Assembly: GCF_036321535.1 (NCBI RefSeq)
Contig: NC_087437.1
Location: 22,508,001-22,572,000, forward strand
DNA length: 64,000 bases
Origin: Camelus dromedarius
Lineage: Eukaryota
Direction of reading: 5' to 3'
Part shown: in pieces, positions 37,131 to 50,457 of the stretch
Layout of the letters: each line of letters begins with the position of its first letter
Position numbering within the stretch: position 1 is the first letter of the stretch
The notes under the pieces: model-generated
Database searches by the model: none
Told to the model about the DNA's origin: nothing
What the model saw: only the letters and a program-made list of their open reading frames with translations
Position numbers and translations under genes: made by a program

Positions 37131-37807
37131 CAGAACAAGTAATGTGCTTCTGAGTATCCAGGAACACAGTTTATATAGAAGAAATTTCAACACAATAAAG
37201 ACTGTTTTTCCGTATGAGTACTGACCAAATTAATAAATAGTAACCTACAGGGAATAATAAAGCTCTTCAGTAACATTTTACAGCATTCCCACTCAGCTGT
37301 GATACTGCTGAATTCTTGCAAAACTAGAAAGAAGGAATAATTTAGACTTGGAACATGTCCAGTTCTTACTAATTACCCACAGATTCTGTCAAGTTTCCAG
37401 CAAGGGGCCCACCAGCTGAAACAAGAGTTAGAGAGAGATCTGGAGGCTCTGCTCCCAAAGAAACCACGAAACTTCAGAGATACAAATGTACCAATACAAA
37501 GCCAAAATGAATGCCGTTTCTGCTCTTTCTGCTGGTCCAAACCACACTGGAACCCACTGTGTCCATAGTTACTCTAGTTAATGTATAGGTTTTCTTTATA
37601 GGACCTCGGATTACTCTCCAAAATAAACATGCTTCCCTTGGAGATTACCAAAAGAGGAGATCATCATTCTGACCATAGTGAGCCAAAGAAGTGCATACAT
37701 GCTAAAGCAGTCAGCAACTAACCACATTAACCAGCCTTTTACATATTTATTAGGATCTGAATGGTGATTTATCTGATGGCATTCTACAAATTTTTTACTT
37801 CCTTAAA

Positions 37808-38102
37808 CTAGAAGTTACAAACTCAGGTGCCTGCAAGGCCACATCTATTATATAAAGGAACAAGCTGTCTGTGGAAACAAAGGAGAAAGGGTAAGAACTC
37901 TAACTTTCAGGACTGGCACAGGAGTGCAGGAGGAACTGCATTTTTCTGGTTATTTTCTTTGTAAGAGACACTGAAAAATCTTAACCGTTATGTAAAATTG
38001 ACCAATTTTTAAATGTAGGAAACATATAAAAATTTAAACATTGTGTGGACTAAAAATATGTCTGCAGATGGGATCTGACCATAGACCATATGTTTGTAAC
38101 TT
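37808..38102. mobile_element. MER102-like hAT element (opposite orientation to the 50108 copy)
   Basis: gttacaaactcaggtgcctgcaaggcc ... aagagacactgaaaaatc...tatgtaaaattgaccaatttttaaatg. Confidence 0.65.
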
Positions 38103-39832
38103 TAGCTTTGGATAACCATATTAGCAGATATTATCTTTGGTACATAATAAAGGAATTGTACAGAAACCACTTTTAAAATTTCTATTTGTCTTCAATGACT
38201 TTTGACATGATTGAGTGCCAAGAGGAGTACAGAGCAGTGTTAAGGAAGTTAAGTGTCCTCAGAAAGTCATTAATATGTGGTTCTTGCAATTAGTAGAACT
38301 AAACTAATGTATTAGTGTATGTAAATTTATATGTAAATTACAACTTTTTTAACTCATAGCTGAACGCAAAATAAAGAAATAGAAATCCCCAGGAGAAAGG
38401 AACAAAGGAAAACTGAAAGCAAGAGGGATGAGCTCCATTTGATGCTATTCAAAAAACAACACAAAAACCTCACAAAAGATGAGTTGTCGTGCTTTCTGCA
38501 ACGGACCCCAAGAAGAATTGAAACCAATATCCTTCTCTTTTCATTTTAAGTTTGTTTAACAAAAAAAATTAAAAATATATACATAATGTAAAAAGAGAAA
38601 CTCCTATGAGGGAGAGGCAGAAAATAAAAATATTTAAAAAAAGGAGAACTAACTAGAACCATAAGAGATAGAAACAGCAGCACAATCTGTAAACCTTCCA
38701 AAACAGTTACCTTTAAAATGATTAATGATATCTTAAAAATAAATATAAAACATAACAAAAGAATATAGCCAATTTGAAAAAGAAACAAACCAAAATCTGG
38801 AAAGAAAACCAGAGGTAATAAAATTAAAAACTCAGTTGGCACAGCTCAAAAGAGAATCAGAGAACAGGATCTGAGGATATAACTCAATTGATACAAAGAA
38901 AGAAAATATTTAAATGAATAAGACAGATGCAGAATAAACTGAAGATATCCAGCATATATCTAATAACAGTTTCAGAAGAAAGAAAAGAGATGAGGGAGAG
39001 ACAATATTCTAGGAGAATATTTGTAGAATAGAAGAATCATATCAAGCTCTGAGTGAAGCAAAATAAAATTAATAAGCACTTGGACTTGCTATAGTGAAAT
39101 TGCACAATTATAATATGTAATGAGAAAACCAAAAACCAACCAGAGAGAAAAGACAGATTAGCTTTAAAAATGATAACAATCACAGAGCATTTTTTAATCA
39201 ATAGCAAAAAAGTCCAAGATACAGTTTTCTAATATGTCCAAAGTTCTGAGGGAATATATTTGTCAATTTTGAATTCTATGGCTAGATAAACTGTCTTTTA
39301 AAAATGACAAAATAAAGAAAATTTTAAGCCAAGAACTAGTAATTTACTGCTAAACTACTAATTTACTAATCTCAAAAGAATCACAACAGCAAAACTTTCA
39401 GAAAGAAGAAAACTAGACACAGAAGAAAGAGTAGGTTTATGAAGCAATGTTAATTAAAGAAGCTATTAAACATAAGCTAAAATAAACATTAACTGTAACA
39501 GCAACAATTATTATTAAATAGCTAAAAATGAGGTGAAATTAAAATACTAGACAATTACTAACATGAATGATGGGAGGAGTAAGAAGAGTTAAAGGATTTT
39601 AATTTCTTACTATTAACCAGGATGATGCTAGAGATACTTATTTATTTCAGACTTTGTTAATTATGTATGCTATGAATTATGTATTTATAATTTAAGGATA
39701 ATGACTAAGACAACAAAATGAACCAAAATGAATCACTCCAGAGTAGTAGAATGATGACAATATAAAAGGGACACAGAACATTCAATAATCCAAATGAAAG
39801 CAGGAAAGGAAAGAACAAGAAGCATGGAAGGT

Positions 39833-39920
39833 GGGAGAGGAGGATAGTTCAGTGCTAGAGTGTATGCTTAGCATGAATGAGGTCCTGGGTTCAATCCTCA
39901 TTAGATTTTTTTTTTTTTAA
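39833..39920 (+). mobile_element. tRNA-Ala-derived SINE (Vic-1-like), short copy with T-rich tail
   Basis: GGATAGTTCAGTGCTAGAGTGTATGCTTAGCATGAATGAGGTCCTGGGTTCAATCCTCA is homologous to the 43339 copy. Flanked by aagaagca on both sides (TSD remnant). Confidence 0.85.
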
Positions 39921-40374
39921 AGAAGCACAGAAAAGAATCTACATTGAAAGCACAAAATAAGGTATATGTATGTGTGTGCATGTAGAGATGAAAATGATAT
40001 TATCTACCATCCTATTTCACTATTTATATATATTTTATATATAACAATATGTAATATACTATATACAATATGTAACATGTATTATGTATTACAGCATTGT
40101 GTAATCTATATGTATTATATATAAAATTCTCACATGAGTACAAAGAGATAGATATATATATATACACACAAAGATTTCATTTTTCAAATAGTGAAAATAT
40201 GGCAACAATTTAAAGGCCCATCAATAGGAAAATACACAAATTTTGATAGATTTATATAATGAAATGCTACTCAACAGTTAACATGAATGGATTATATCTA
40301 GAATTACCAAAATGAATAAACTGTAAAAAACATGATGGCAAATGGAAAAAGCAAGTTTTGAAAGAATAATAGCA

Positions 40375-40861
40375 TGGCTGGCTACCTAAAAGTTATTAAC
40401 AGCCCCCCTTTTTCCCAGTGACTTTCTCCACTAAGGAAGATGAAAAACTAAAATATTCAATACTTTGCCCTCTTTTAAAGCAAAGTTTTAAAGTATCAGT
40501 TCTAGCAAATGAGATGTAGTGAAAATATATGGGTGTCTTTTTCTTCCCAAATAAAAAGACAAAACTTAACAGGAAAAAGGCTTTTGGCTGTTGCCTTCCC
40601 TCTGTCCTCCTTGGAGTGTGAACTCCTGAGGTTTTGTCACCGACTTGTAACTAGCAGGTTAAGAATTACTCACTGGAATAGTAGAGAAGGATGACAGAAA
40701 ACATCACTATCATCTCTGATGACATCACTGAGCCACTGAATGACCACCAGACCATCTTTGCCTAGACATCTTTTTAGTGACACAAATAGCACTCAATTAT
40801 TTAATACCCTGTAGAGTATTTTTCAGTTAACTTTGCAGCTGAATGCAATCTAATGGAAACA
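40375..40861 (+). mobile_element. MLT1I/J-like solo LTR inserted in an old L1
   Basis: gacatcactgagccactgaatgacc...ctagacatcttttt...tttcagttaactttgcagctgaatgcaatctaatggaaaca. The L1 3'UTR resumes on both sides. Confidence 0.7.
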
Positions 40862-41279
40862 AGTAAGTACAGTATAATACTATTTTTGTAAAATTTTTAA
40901 AACACAGAAATGGGGTACATATTGTTTACAGGTATATACAGATACAGAGCACAATAAACAATGGTCAGGAAGGACAAACACTGACTTCATGGTGGTGGTT
41001 ACCTTCAGGGATAAGGGAGTTGGGGGAAGGAAGAGAACAGGAAGGAATAGGACTACAACAGGAGCTGTAATTTTATTCTTTTGAAAGGAATTCTAAAGTA
41101 ACATCGATCCTTTGGGGAAAATCTGAGAATTGGGGAAAATCTGAGAAATGGGTACATGTTTTTTTTTTCTGTGTACCTTCATATAGCTGAATCATTTTAA
41201 ATATTTTCTCTAAAACAAAAGAAATGTGAGATCATGTAAATTCCCTAGTTATCTACGATAGAACATGGCTTGTTGTGTC

Positions 41280-41609
41280 CTTGTAGGCGGTGTTCTACAA
41301 CTTCCTTATCTGACCTATTTCCCCACTCCAGTGAGGTAAAGGTGGGGTGGAGATAACTATTCTCAGTCAGGCTGTTCTACATACAGATCTGCTGCAACTG
41401 TAGCAAATGACCTAAGAGAACAGATATCTGGGAAACTTTTATGTTGCAACTGGGTAAATAAATAAAAATTGGGGAGAGAGGGTTCCAAGAAGTAAGCAAG
41501 AAAACATGATAATTGGCAGATGGAGCTGATGAAGGCAAATATATGGGATGATGACAAGCCTGAAGAAATCCCAGCTCACGGGCCAATTTGCTATAGGACA
41601 AACCAGCCT
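41280..41609. mobile_element. Tigger15-like DNA transposon remnant
   Basis: Terminus gaagaaatcccagctcacgggccaatttgctataggacaaaccagccta resembles the Tigger15a end. Confidence 0.5.
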
Positions 41610-41639
41610 AGAATCAATATTTTTTCAATTACATTTAAA

Positions 41640-42430
41640 AACTGTTTTGCAATCTAGTATTTGGACAGCAAGCTAGCAATTTTGTAGTTATTAATTTTTA
41701 ACAAAATTTTAGCTATACAAGATATGTATTCTCATAGGAAATTTTTTTTTTTAAAAATTAAAGAGTGCAGAGGGTATAAAGTGAAAAGTGAAAGACTCTT
41801 TCCCTCCCTCTCCAGGCCCTGATTCCCACTCCCAGATGTACTATTAATATTTCTTATGCTTCTAGAACTTTTAAGCATGGATTTACAAATATATACCCTC
41901 TCTTTTTTTAGAACAAATATGGGATAATATCGTACATATTATTGAGCAACTTGTTTTTTAACTTAAGTGATATATTGAATATCTTCCAAATGAGCTCACT
42001 TGCACATAATTATTTCATTCTTTTGAACAGTTGCAAATATTGTATTAAGTTATTACATTTATTAAACTAATTCCATATTGGTAGACATTTGGGCTGTTTA
42101 AAATTTTTTGTTTTTATAAACAATGTTGCAATTAATATCCTATTATAATTCATCTTTTTCCCTACAGATATGAAAAGCCACTTTTATTATATCCAAAATC
42201 CCTACATGTGTTTGTTTGGATTTTTTTCTGACTCTGATTTTCCATAAAGCTACAGTCTTTTCCCTCACAGCACCAAACTTTGATGGTTAGAGCTTCATAA
42301 TACATTTTAGTGTCAGGTAGATCTGGTATTCTAGTGTTACTCAGGACTTTCAGAATTTTCCTTGAATGTTCATTTTTCCAGATAAACTTTAGCATCATTT
42401 TGTTAAGTTTAAAATATCCTATCTGTTTCT
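41640..42430 (-). mobile_element. Ancient L1ME-type fragment
   Basis: T-rich. ttggtagacatttgggctgtttaaaattttttgtttttataaacaatgttgcaattaatatcc; ORF 42162..42461 (-) has ORF2-like LKFIWKN...LPDTKMYYEALTIK. Confidence 0.8.
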
Positions 42431-42479
42431 CTGAGCAGTCAGCCAATCTCATGCACTCCATCTCTGAAGGATTTACTTT

Positions 42480-43330
42480 CTTAAGAAATTGAACCAGAAA
42501 AGTTCTGAACTGGAGACAAAAGGCACAGGAGAGGAAGAAGGGGATGCAGAACTGAATAGAGGTGGGTTAAATGAAAGTCCATACAGTGAACTGTGAGGAC
42601 CCCAAGATCCTTTTCCATTCAGTGTTCCTAAAATGTTGATAATTTACTTATACTTCCTACTAGAACAATTATTTGGAGAAGCTGCCTGGTTCACAGATAT
42701 TTAGATTTAGGTTACCCCCAGATAAAGGCCAGGTTCCCCAGTTACCCTACAATGAGGCTCACCAGTTGACAAGCCCATAATTTGCCCCCGACCCACATCC
42801 TGTGCGTTCTTAGGCTTTCTTTTTTACGTCCCCCTTTACTCTTAAACATGGATATGCAGCCAACTTTCTCTAGAGAGGTGAGGAAAAGTGGAGAACAAAA
42901 TGAAAAGATGGGGAAAAAAAGAATTTGCAGAAAACAGACAGAATTTAAGGCATTGAAAAATTCTTCTAAAATTTATTATCAATATTTTGAGGCAAGAGAA
43001 AATATTGCATTCATGGAAACAAGCATAGGACTCTAGAAAAAGAAACAACCAGAAAACAAGAAAGGGCTTTTAGAAATTAAAAATACAAGGGCTGCAATGA
43101 AAATTTCAAAATTGGAACATAAAGTTGAGTGAATCTCCCCCAAAATGTTTATATTAATAGATACATAGATGTTTAGATAGATATAAATAAAGAATTGAAA
43201 AGTACAAGAGAAAAGTTGAGAAAATGAGATGAAACATGTAAAGCTGTGTTTACCAGGCAATGTCTCAAAATAATTGCTCTTTATGCTTCCTTTGCAGAAA
43301 CATACAAAAGGATATGCACCATGAAAGTAT
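42480..43330 (+). mobile_element. Ancient L1M/HAL1 5'/ORF1-like fragment
   Basis: gagaaaatattgcattcatggaaacaag...gggcttttagaaattaaaaatac...aagttgagtgaatctcccc; A-rich. Confidence 0.6.
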
Positions 43331-43338
43331 AGGGCAGT

Positions 43339-43471
43339 GGGAGGGGATAGCTCAAGTGGTAGAGTGCGTACTTAGCATGCACGACGTCCTGGGTTCAAAA
43401 CCCAGTACCTCCTCTAAAAATAAAATAAATTAATTAACCTAATTATCTCCCCTCCAAAATATACTAAAAAA
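43339..43471 (+). mobile_element. tRNA-Ala-derived SINE (Vic-1-like, camelid)
   Basis: GGGAGGGGATAGCTCAAGTGGTAGAGTGCGTACTTAGCATGCACGACGTCCTGGGTTCAAAACCCAGTACCTCC, with A box 43348-43359, B box 43393-43401 and an AGC anticodon loop. Followed by an AT-rich tail. Degenerate TSD gaaagtatagggca / gaaaatacagggga. Confidence 0.88.
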
Positions 43472-46400
43472 GAAAATACAGGGGAAAGATGAAATAGAGA
43501 AGGGATATGAAACCATGAGAACAGATAAGTTGTTGAAGGGAGTACATGCCAAGAGAGAAATAGAGGTGAGGACAGAAACTTAAGCCTCATTAATGTTTGA
43601 TGAGGAGGAAGAGATGCGGTTAGGATAAAACACAAGAGGGTTTAAGGAAAGATGGGTAGAGAGCTAGGTTAACGCAGTGTTGGGAATAGATGGAAGTGGG
43701 AAGAGTCCTAAAAAGTAAGGGGTTAAACAGTTCTTGATGCTTCAGAGAAGAAGGCAGCCAAGTTCTTGCAAAGCACAAAGTTTGAATAGACTAAAAGGAA
43801 TGGAGAAGCAGGTTTGTTGAGTCAGTGGGATAGAAGCCAATTTACAGTGGTTAAGGAGGGATATGAGAAAGTAGAATAGTATAATTCATTTACTATTTTG
43901 GGGGATGCAAAGAAAAAGAAAAGTATATTTATAGTAAAAGTAGATAGTAGAGACAAGCAAAAGTACTATTTAAGAGGGGAAAATTAGGGTATATCTGAAA
44001 GAAGAAATAAAGGAGATGATACAGAAGAAAAGATACAACAAAGTAGAGGAAGAGATGAGTTTAGAATCACATTTTAAAATGCACACAAAAGGATGAGAAT
44101 CCAAGTGAAGGCATTCCCTCTAACCAGCTGGACGGTTTATCTGAGACTAAGGAAAAGAGTAAGAAGATAAAGGTAGGAACAATGGTATGTCTGATTGATT
44201 CTGTAAAAGTTAATTTATAAGCAACAGCTTGGGTATTCTTATAAATCAGATCAGGCAAATCTCCTTGCCTGAAGGAGAAACTCCAGATGGAGGGTGGAAG
44301 AATCAGGGGTTTAAGGAGCAAGAAATAGATTTGAAATATGGTAAGTGGTAGAACACCTGGGGCTCAGAAAGGACCACTTTCTGAGTTCTTATGAGAGCCA
44401 GACACTTGCAGCAAAAAATGTAATGGGACTCAATAATGGGACTTGATGTTAGAAAATTGTTCACAAGTAATTTGTTGAACAAGATAATTTAGTCAAAAGG
44501 ATGAATTGCTGGAAAAAAATTATCAACAATACTTTTTTTTTTTCACAAATAGGTAACTTGGGTATTTATTTAGTTTTACAATGTTTTGTTTAAAAATATT
44601 TTTGTCCATTTCAAGAATATTTTTATTTCCTTTTTCCTTTCTTAAGTTTTTAATTTCTATTTTTATACTTATTACTGTACCTGTTTGTAGTAATAAAAAT
44701 TTACCCACACACGTAAATAAAACTAATATCCAACAACAGATGATTGGCTAAATGTTCTCATACGCTAGGTATGGTATGGTATAATTTCTGAATAAGGCAT
44801 ATATATGTATGTTATATACAGGTATGAACAAAGAAATGGTATACATATATATATAAAATGGTGGTTGTCTCTAAGTAGGTTGGATCATGGCAAGGGTTCT
44901 GATGTACTTTTTACTTGTCTACAATTTGTCATTTTCTTCTAAAGTGCATAAATTACTTTTGTTTAAAGGTGAAAAGAAAGAAAAATACAAAGAAAGAAAA
45001 AATACTAAAATTTTTCAAACTTGGGCTTTTCAGATATTTTTCTTTAATTTATAAAGTTTGAGTTAATTCTTGGTCAAGTATGTCTACTCAGGTATTAGGC
45101 CTGTTCTGCATTCTCCTCATATACTACCTCATGCCCTTTATACAAAAAGTTATGAAATCATGATATAGTGAAACATTCATTTTAAACCAATTTTTACCCT
45201 CAGTCTATTAAAAAAAAAAAACAAAAACCTTTCCAAACAATTTTGGTAGGCATCACCCCCAACCATTGAGTATTTAGGTTTTTTTCAACTTAATACATTT
45301 TTTTTTAATATTTAGTTGCCCTTGTATTCTAGGAGGAGGGTGGAGGGAAGCAGAGGAAACAACAATAACAACAACAACAAAAGAGAGAGACGATCAGAGA
45401 AGACAACAAAGCATATAAAACTGATCTGTGGCACTTCAAAAATCAAACTGATACATGGGAAAAAAAGCCAGAATGGAATACTCATTTATGGAAAAAATCA
45501 TTCTACTGATAGATCAATTTGTTTGCAGCCAATTGGTCTCCAAAGCTGTTTTAAATTCGATCCTGTTCTGCAAGATGACTAGGAAGTGCTCTAGGGTCTG
45601 GGCACATGGGTGAAAAAAATACAGAGTAGATTCACGCAGAAGGGATCTTGGATGGATAATCAAGAGGTTAAAGACAATGACATTATAGAGGTCAACACAA
45701 GCAAGTGGAGATTAAAGCAGGGGATACGTTTAAGTTAAAGCTTTGGGTAAATCATCAGTATTAGAAGCATCTAAAAGACAGATAGTGAGTGCTGGACTTC
45801 GCCCATGATAGCACCTCAGTCTGCTCCATGTGGGGTGTGTCACAGTGGAGTAGCCCGGGGCCCCGTCTCCACAAGCAGTGACTGCCTTTGGCAGTGAAGC
45901 TTGAAGAGAGGTAGGTACCACTACGTACAGCAGAACAGCAGTTAAACTCGACATTTTTCAGCCTGTTTCAAAGTCTCAAACCCTGAACCCACGAGAATTT
46001 GCATGAGTGCAGCCCATTTAAACAGAATAGTATCTGCAAGGTAGAACCAAATCCTAAGCAATCCAGTTGCCTTCAGACAGACTCTCTCACTCATGGGATA
46101 ATCTTACATGAAAGAGCAAGGATCTGGCCTTGCTGGCAATCTCACTGACCTTCAAGGCGGTGCCCCTGTCCTCAGACAGGTTTGCAAAAGGGGTTAAGAT
46201 GCCAGGCTGCCAATATGGATGCTGGATTGAAAACAGAAGTAAATCATTGCTTCTCTGAGGTGGTTTCAAGGATCTCCAAAAAAACTGTGTATTTATCAAA
46301 CCTCCATTTCATAGTATCCTTTGTTTATAGAAAAACAGACCAAAATACCTGCAACTAGTCTCAGCAGATTTGAAATGACATGCACGGGAACTCCCAGCTA

Positions 46401-47249
46401 ATTTGCACCAAGTTACATTTTCATACATCCCTGAGGGCAGACTCTGTGACATCTCTCGCAGAAATGTTCTAGCCTGCCACATAGAGGGAAGGACTGTGAT
46501 TTCAATCTGAATATTATGTGTAAACAAAAGGAATTACCTCAATAGCAACATACTTAAAGTACTGTCTTAGAAACCTGAAGCACTTTAAGAAAGCTAAATC
46601 AGACCAGTATGGATTTTTTTCCCCTAATGTAGAAAAAAAGAAAAAAATAACACAGCAGGGGCTAAAATATGTGACAAACAATTTGGAAATAGCTGTGCTG
46701 ATTGCAATAGTCTCCCAATAACACACTGCTTGTATTCTCTTCTCAGTTTGATTCCTTGACTCCAGGAAGTACTGAAAAGATACAAAACATTTTCTTATGG
46801 CAAGCTGCTGGTATAGTGATCAATTACCTCTCCTTCTGTACGGGATACTGTGGTTAGAGTCACATGATTAATGTCTAAGGGGGCAGAGGGGCAGGGCCCT
46901 GAGGTATGCTTCTTTTTTTTTACTTTTTTCTTTCTTTCTTTTCAAAAAACATCTTAGAACTGAAAAGAGTGGAAAAGAAATTCCAAATATCAATAACAAA
47001 TGATTAATTTTCTGGCAGTTATGGTTAACTTACTAAAAAGAAAATTAAGTACAGAGTCATGAAGAATTTGTGAAACATTCTGTAATTTCAATATGTTTGA
47101 AGTCCTGGCAACCAGAGTCTTCAGAATATGTCGAATCTTCTCAAATTGTGCAATTAAATCTTATGACCACAAAATCGTCCAGAAATATTTATTAAGTGCT
47201 AATAGGTAATTTTCAGTAGTAGTAAAGGTAGTATTTCTGATGAGTTTAC

Positions 47250-47735
47250 GTACCTTTTTTTTATACATCATCTGGAATTTATTTTCATGTAAGATATGGT
47301 GGTAGAGTTACAATATTTTTCTTTCGCCTTTTTATAATTAGCCAGTTAAATGGCCCAACTTCATCTTCTTTCTCATTTTTTACTGAATTGTAATGTTACC
47401 TTAAACATATAACATATGTGCATGCATCTCCACAGACACACATCTGTTTATTTCTGGGTATTCTATTTTGCTCATTTGACCTGTCTATTCCTGTACTGGT
47501 ACCATATTGCAATAATTATAATTATATCATTCCATTATGCTTTCTTTTTCAGGATTACTTTAGACATTATTGTAACTCATTTATTCTCCTATACGAAATT
47601 TAAATAATTTTATCCATTTTTTAAAGAAGTGGTCATATTAAATTTGGGAATTGCGTTATATTTTAAAATTAATTTGGGGAGAATTAGCAGTTTTAATAAT
47701 GAGTTTTCCTATGCAGTAGTATATCTCTCCCCTCT
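47250..47735 (-). mobile_element. Ancient L1M ORF2 fragment
   Basis: tctgtttatttctgggtattctattttgctcatttgacctgtctattcctgtactggtaccatattg; aattaatttggggagaattagcagttttaataatgagttttcctatgca. Confidence 0.82.
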
Positions 47736-49864
47736 TCAAACTGTATAATTCCACTCCAGTGGGCTCTGAGAATTACCTCTGCTTGTGTTTTCAGTTGCCC
47801 ACCTGCTCCGGAGCAGCAACCAATGGCTTGAATGAGTCTGGGTCCTTCCTTCATTTCCTTTGGGGGAGTCTTCAACAAGCCATGTGGTGAGTACACCATT
47901 TCTGAGGGTTAAGACTAGCGTTTCCTAGGCCTAGGTTCATGTTCCTGCTTCTGATCAGCTCTCAAAACAAATCCCTTTCCTCATCTGACGTATGCTTGTA
48001 TCAATTTCTGATCCCTTTTTTCCGCTCTCACCCTTGCTGTGCATCATTTGGTAAGCTGTATATTTAGTTCTTTGATCAGTCTTTCTGGCTCTCAATCATT
48101 TCTGCCTCTCTTTTCTAATAAGCCACAAAGCGTATTCAGGGATACCTCTAGCTTGGGAGAAAAATAGACTGTGCAGAGCTCTCTTCCAATTCCAGGCACT
48201 TTAATTCACAATCTTCCAACAGACAATAGAGTACATCTTACTGATTGCCTAATAAAATGAGGAGAAATTGCTCTCTGAATGTGCTATAATTGGATCATGT
48301 CTTTGCTCACATGGCATTCAATAGGGATCTAGGATGTTTCAAGGGTTTTTTTGGTTTGTTTTTTGGGTTTTTTTTTTTTTTTTGGTCGTCTTATTAGTAT
48401 AAGAAAGATATAAACCATAGCTAGGACATTGGAAACTTTCCACTCCCATGATGGGTGGTGGAACTATCAATTCAGATTCTACATTTATGGGATCTTCTTA
48501 CATGTCAGGCGGGATACTTGGTGTTCTCTCAGATACTGACTATATGACAATCTCAGGTTTTCAAAAGGCGAGTGTATGAGCCTAGACATTTGAAATAAAA
48601 AAAAAATAGGTCATGAAAACTTAAGTCCATATATTAAAATTATCACAGGAGATAACCCAGAGTCAACAGTAATAGTAAAATAAGTATAGCAAACATCATT
48701 TGTTTAATTTTTATTTTGCATTAGATGCTGTAAAAAATTACCATTATTATTATTACAAAAACTGTGTGAGGTATGTAAAATTATCCCTATCCTATAGACG
48801 AAGAAAATATGTGTTCAGAGAGAATAGGTAATTTCTCCAAGGCTGCACATTGTGAGTTATGGAAAGAGGAACTGAATTCTTATCTGACTAACATTTGTGT
48901 TCTTTTCTGTACAATAATCTGCTTCCACTGATCCTTACTATCTACATAATTCTAAGAAGTTTAGAGCAGTTGATTACCCAGTTTTATAATGTAAAACATA
49001 TTAGAAATGGCAAATTGGAGAGTTGAGAGACTTCTAGAAGTACAAAAACTTAGAACTGAAATTTTAGGAGGAGAAAACTATTTTACAGAAAAATAAGATG
49101 AGGACATTGAGTGAAAAGGCAAATAGTTCTGTATGTCTGCCAATAATCTCTGGGCTTATTACAGGATTATGGCATTAAATATATTCACTGTTCTGCTTTA
49201 AAATGTTGAGAAAAGTTCCCAAAGCATATTAGAGATGGAAGGGACATTTATGGATCATCAGGTTGGGCTGACTTTACAGATATAAAAAATTGATGTCCAG
49301 AAGGTATCAGAGTTGACTCAGCCAAGTGCTGGTCACTGGCAAAGCTGAGCAAAGACCTCAGTTTTCCTAACTCCTAGCTCAGGAGGCTGACAACTCCTCT
49401 AGGCTCTTCTCCCAAGGATGCTCAGTGACACTTCTTAAGAAGCCTCTCCTAAATATGAATTAAGAAAAAAAAAAAGAAATCTCATTGTTTGGCACTGTTA
49501 AATCAAATATTTAACTTTCATTTATATATTATATCCTTTTTACTCGATAAATTAGCTACAAATGCTTGCCTGAAAGATGATCATGGTCTAGTCAGAGAGA
49601 CAGAGAAATGAAACAACAAAGAAAGTCTAGCATGATAGAAAGAATATTCAAGGTAAAATGGGACCACAGAAGACACCCAGCACAGCTGGACTTTCAAAAC
49701 AATCTGGCATGGTTTCCGAGGCAGGTGTTCTTGAGTTCAGTCTTAATGGGTGCCTGGGAACCAGCCAGGCAGATGAAGGAGGAGATGGTATTTCAGGCAA
49801 AGGAACAGAATCTACCATGACATGGAGTCTGTAGAGAAATATCAGATACCTTAATTTGATAAAG

Positions 49865-50089
49865 CAAGAGTCAGCAAACTATAGCCAGCCCATGGGCCTA
49901 ATCCAGCCAACTACCTATTTTTATAAATAAAGTTTAATTGGAACACAGCCATGTTCATCCATTTACATAGTGTTTTTGGCTGCTTTTGTACTACAATGAT
50001 GAAGTTAAGTTGCCACAGAGACCATATGGCTTGTAAACCTAAAATATTTACCATCTGACAATCCATAGGAAAAAGTCTTCAGAACCCTG
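49865..50089 (+). mobile_element. MER58A (hAT-Charlie), near full length
   Basis: cagcaaactat...tttttataaataaagtttaattggaacacagccatg...cagagaccatatggcttgtaaacctaaaatatttaccatctg...aaccctg. Confidence 0.9.
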
Positions 50090-50107
50090 GATTAGAGTAG
50101 ATGGAAG

Positions 50108-50457
50108 CAGGGTGAACAAATTACACACTGATGGCCTATGGGCTTCATCTGATGGCCATGTTTTATTTGGCCTATATGTTATTCTTTTGTTTGTTTAAAA
50201 GAAAATATGAAATACTTTCAAATTTTAAAAATTAAGAGATTGCACATAAAAAATCCAGATTTGTATCTACTCTTAAAAAATCAGAAGTTCTACCAGTTTT
50301 GGACGTACTTTTCTGCATGGCAAGAATCAGAGCTGAGTAGGAGCAACCCCTTGCAGATGGGCATTAGCTCTCCACTTTCCCATTGTCCTTCCGCTTCCAG
50401 CCTCATTCACTAATCTGTCTACTTCTGCCCTGTAGGAATTTAAGTTTACAAATTCCA
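50108..50457. mobile_element. MER102-like hAT element
   Basis: gagattgcacataaaaatccagatt...ctcttaaaaaatcagaag...catggcaagaatcagagctgagtag...cctgtaggaatttaagttt. Confidence 0.8.

Larger units (their letters stand above)
38420..41220 (+). mobile_element. Ancient L1M/HAL1-type fragments (ORF1-like region and 3'UTR), interrupted by a SINE and an LTR
   Basis: Very A-rich. ORF1-like segments atccagcatatatctaataacagtttcagaagaaag and aaccagagagaaaagacagattagctttaaaaa; 3'UTR-like ggcccatcaataggaaaa...aatgaaatgctactcaacagttaa. Confidence 0.75.

Noticed and set aside
38546..38842. Membrane-protein-like 98-aa ORF
   Set aside because: The F/L/I richness comes from reading the T-rich antisense strand of an A-rich L1 fragment.
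43339..43412. Functional tRNA-Ala(AGC) gene
   Set aside because: It has mismatched stems, a SINE-type tail and a TSD, and a second diverged copy lies at 39833.
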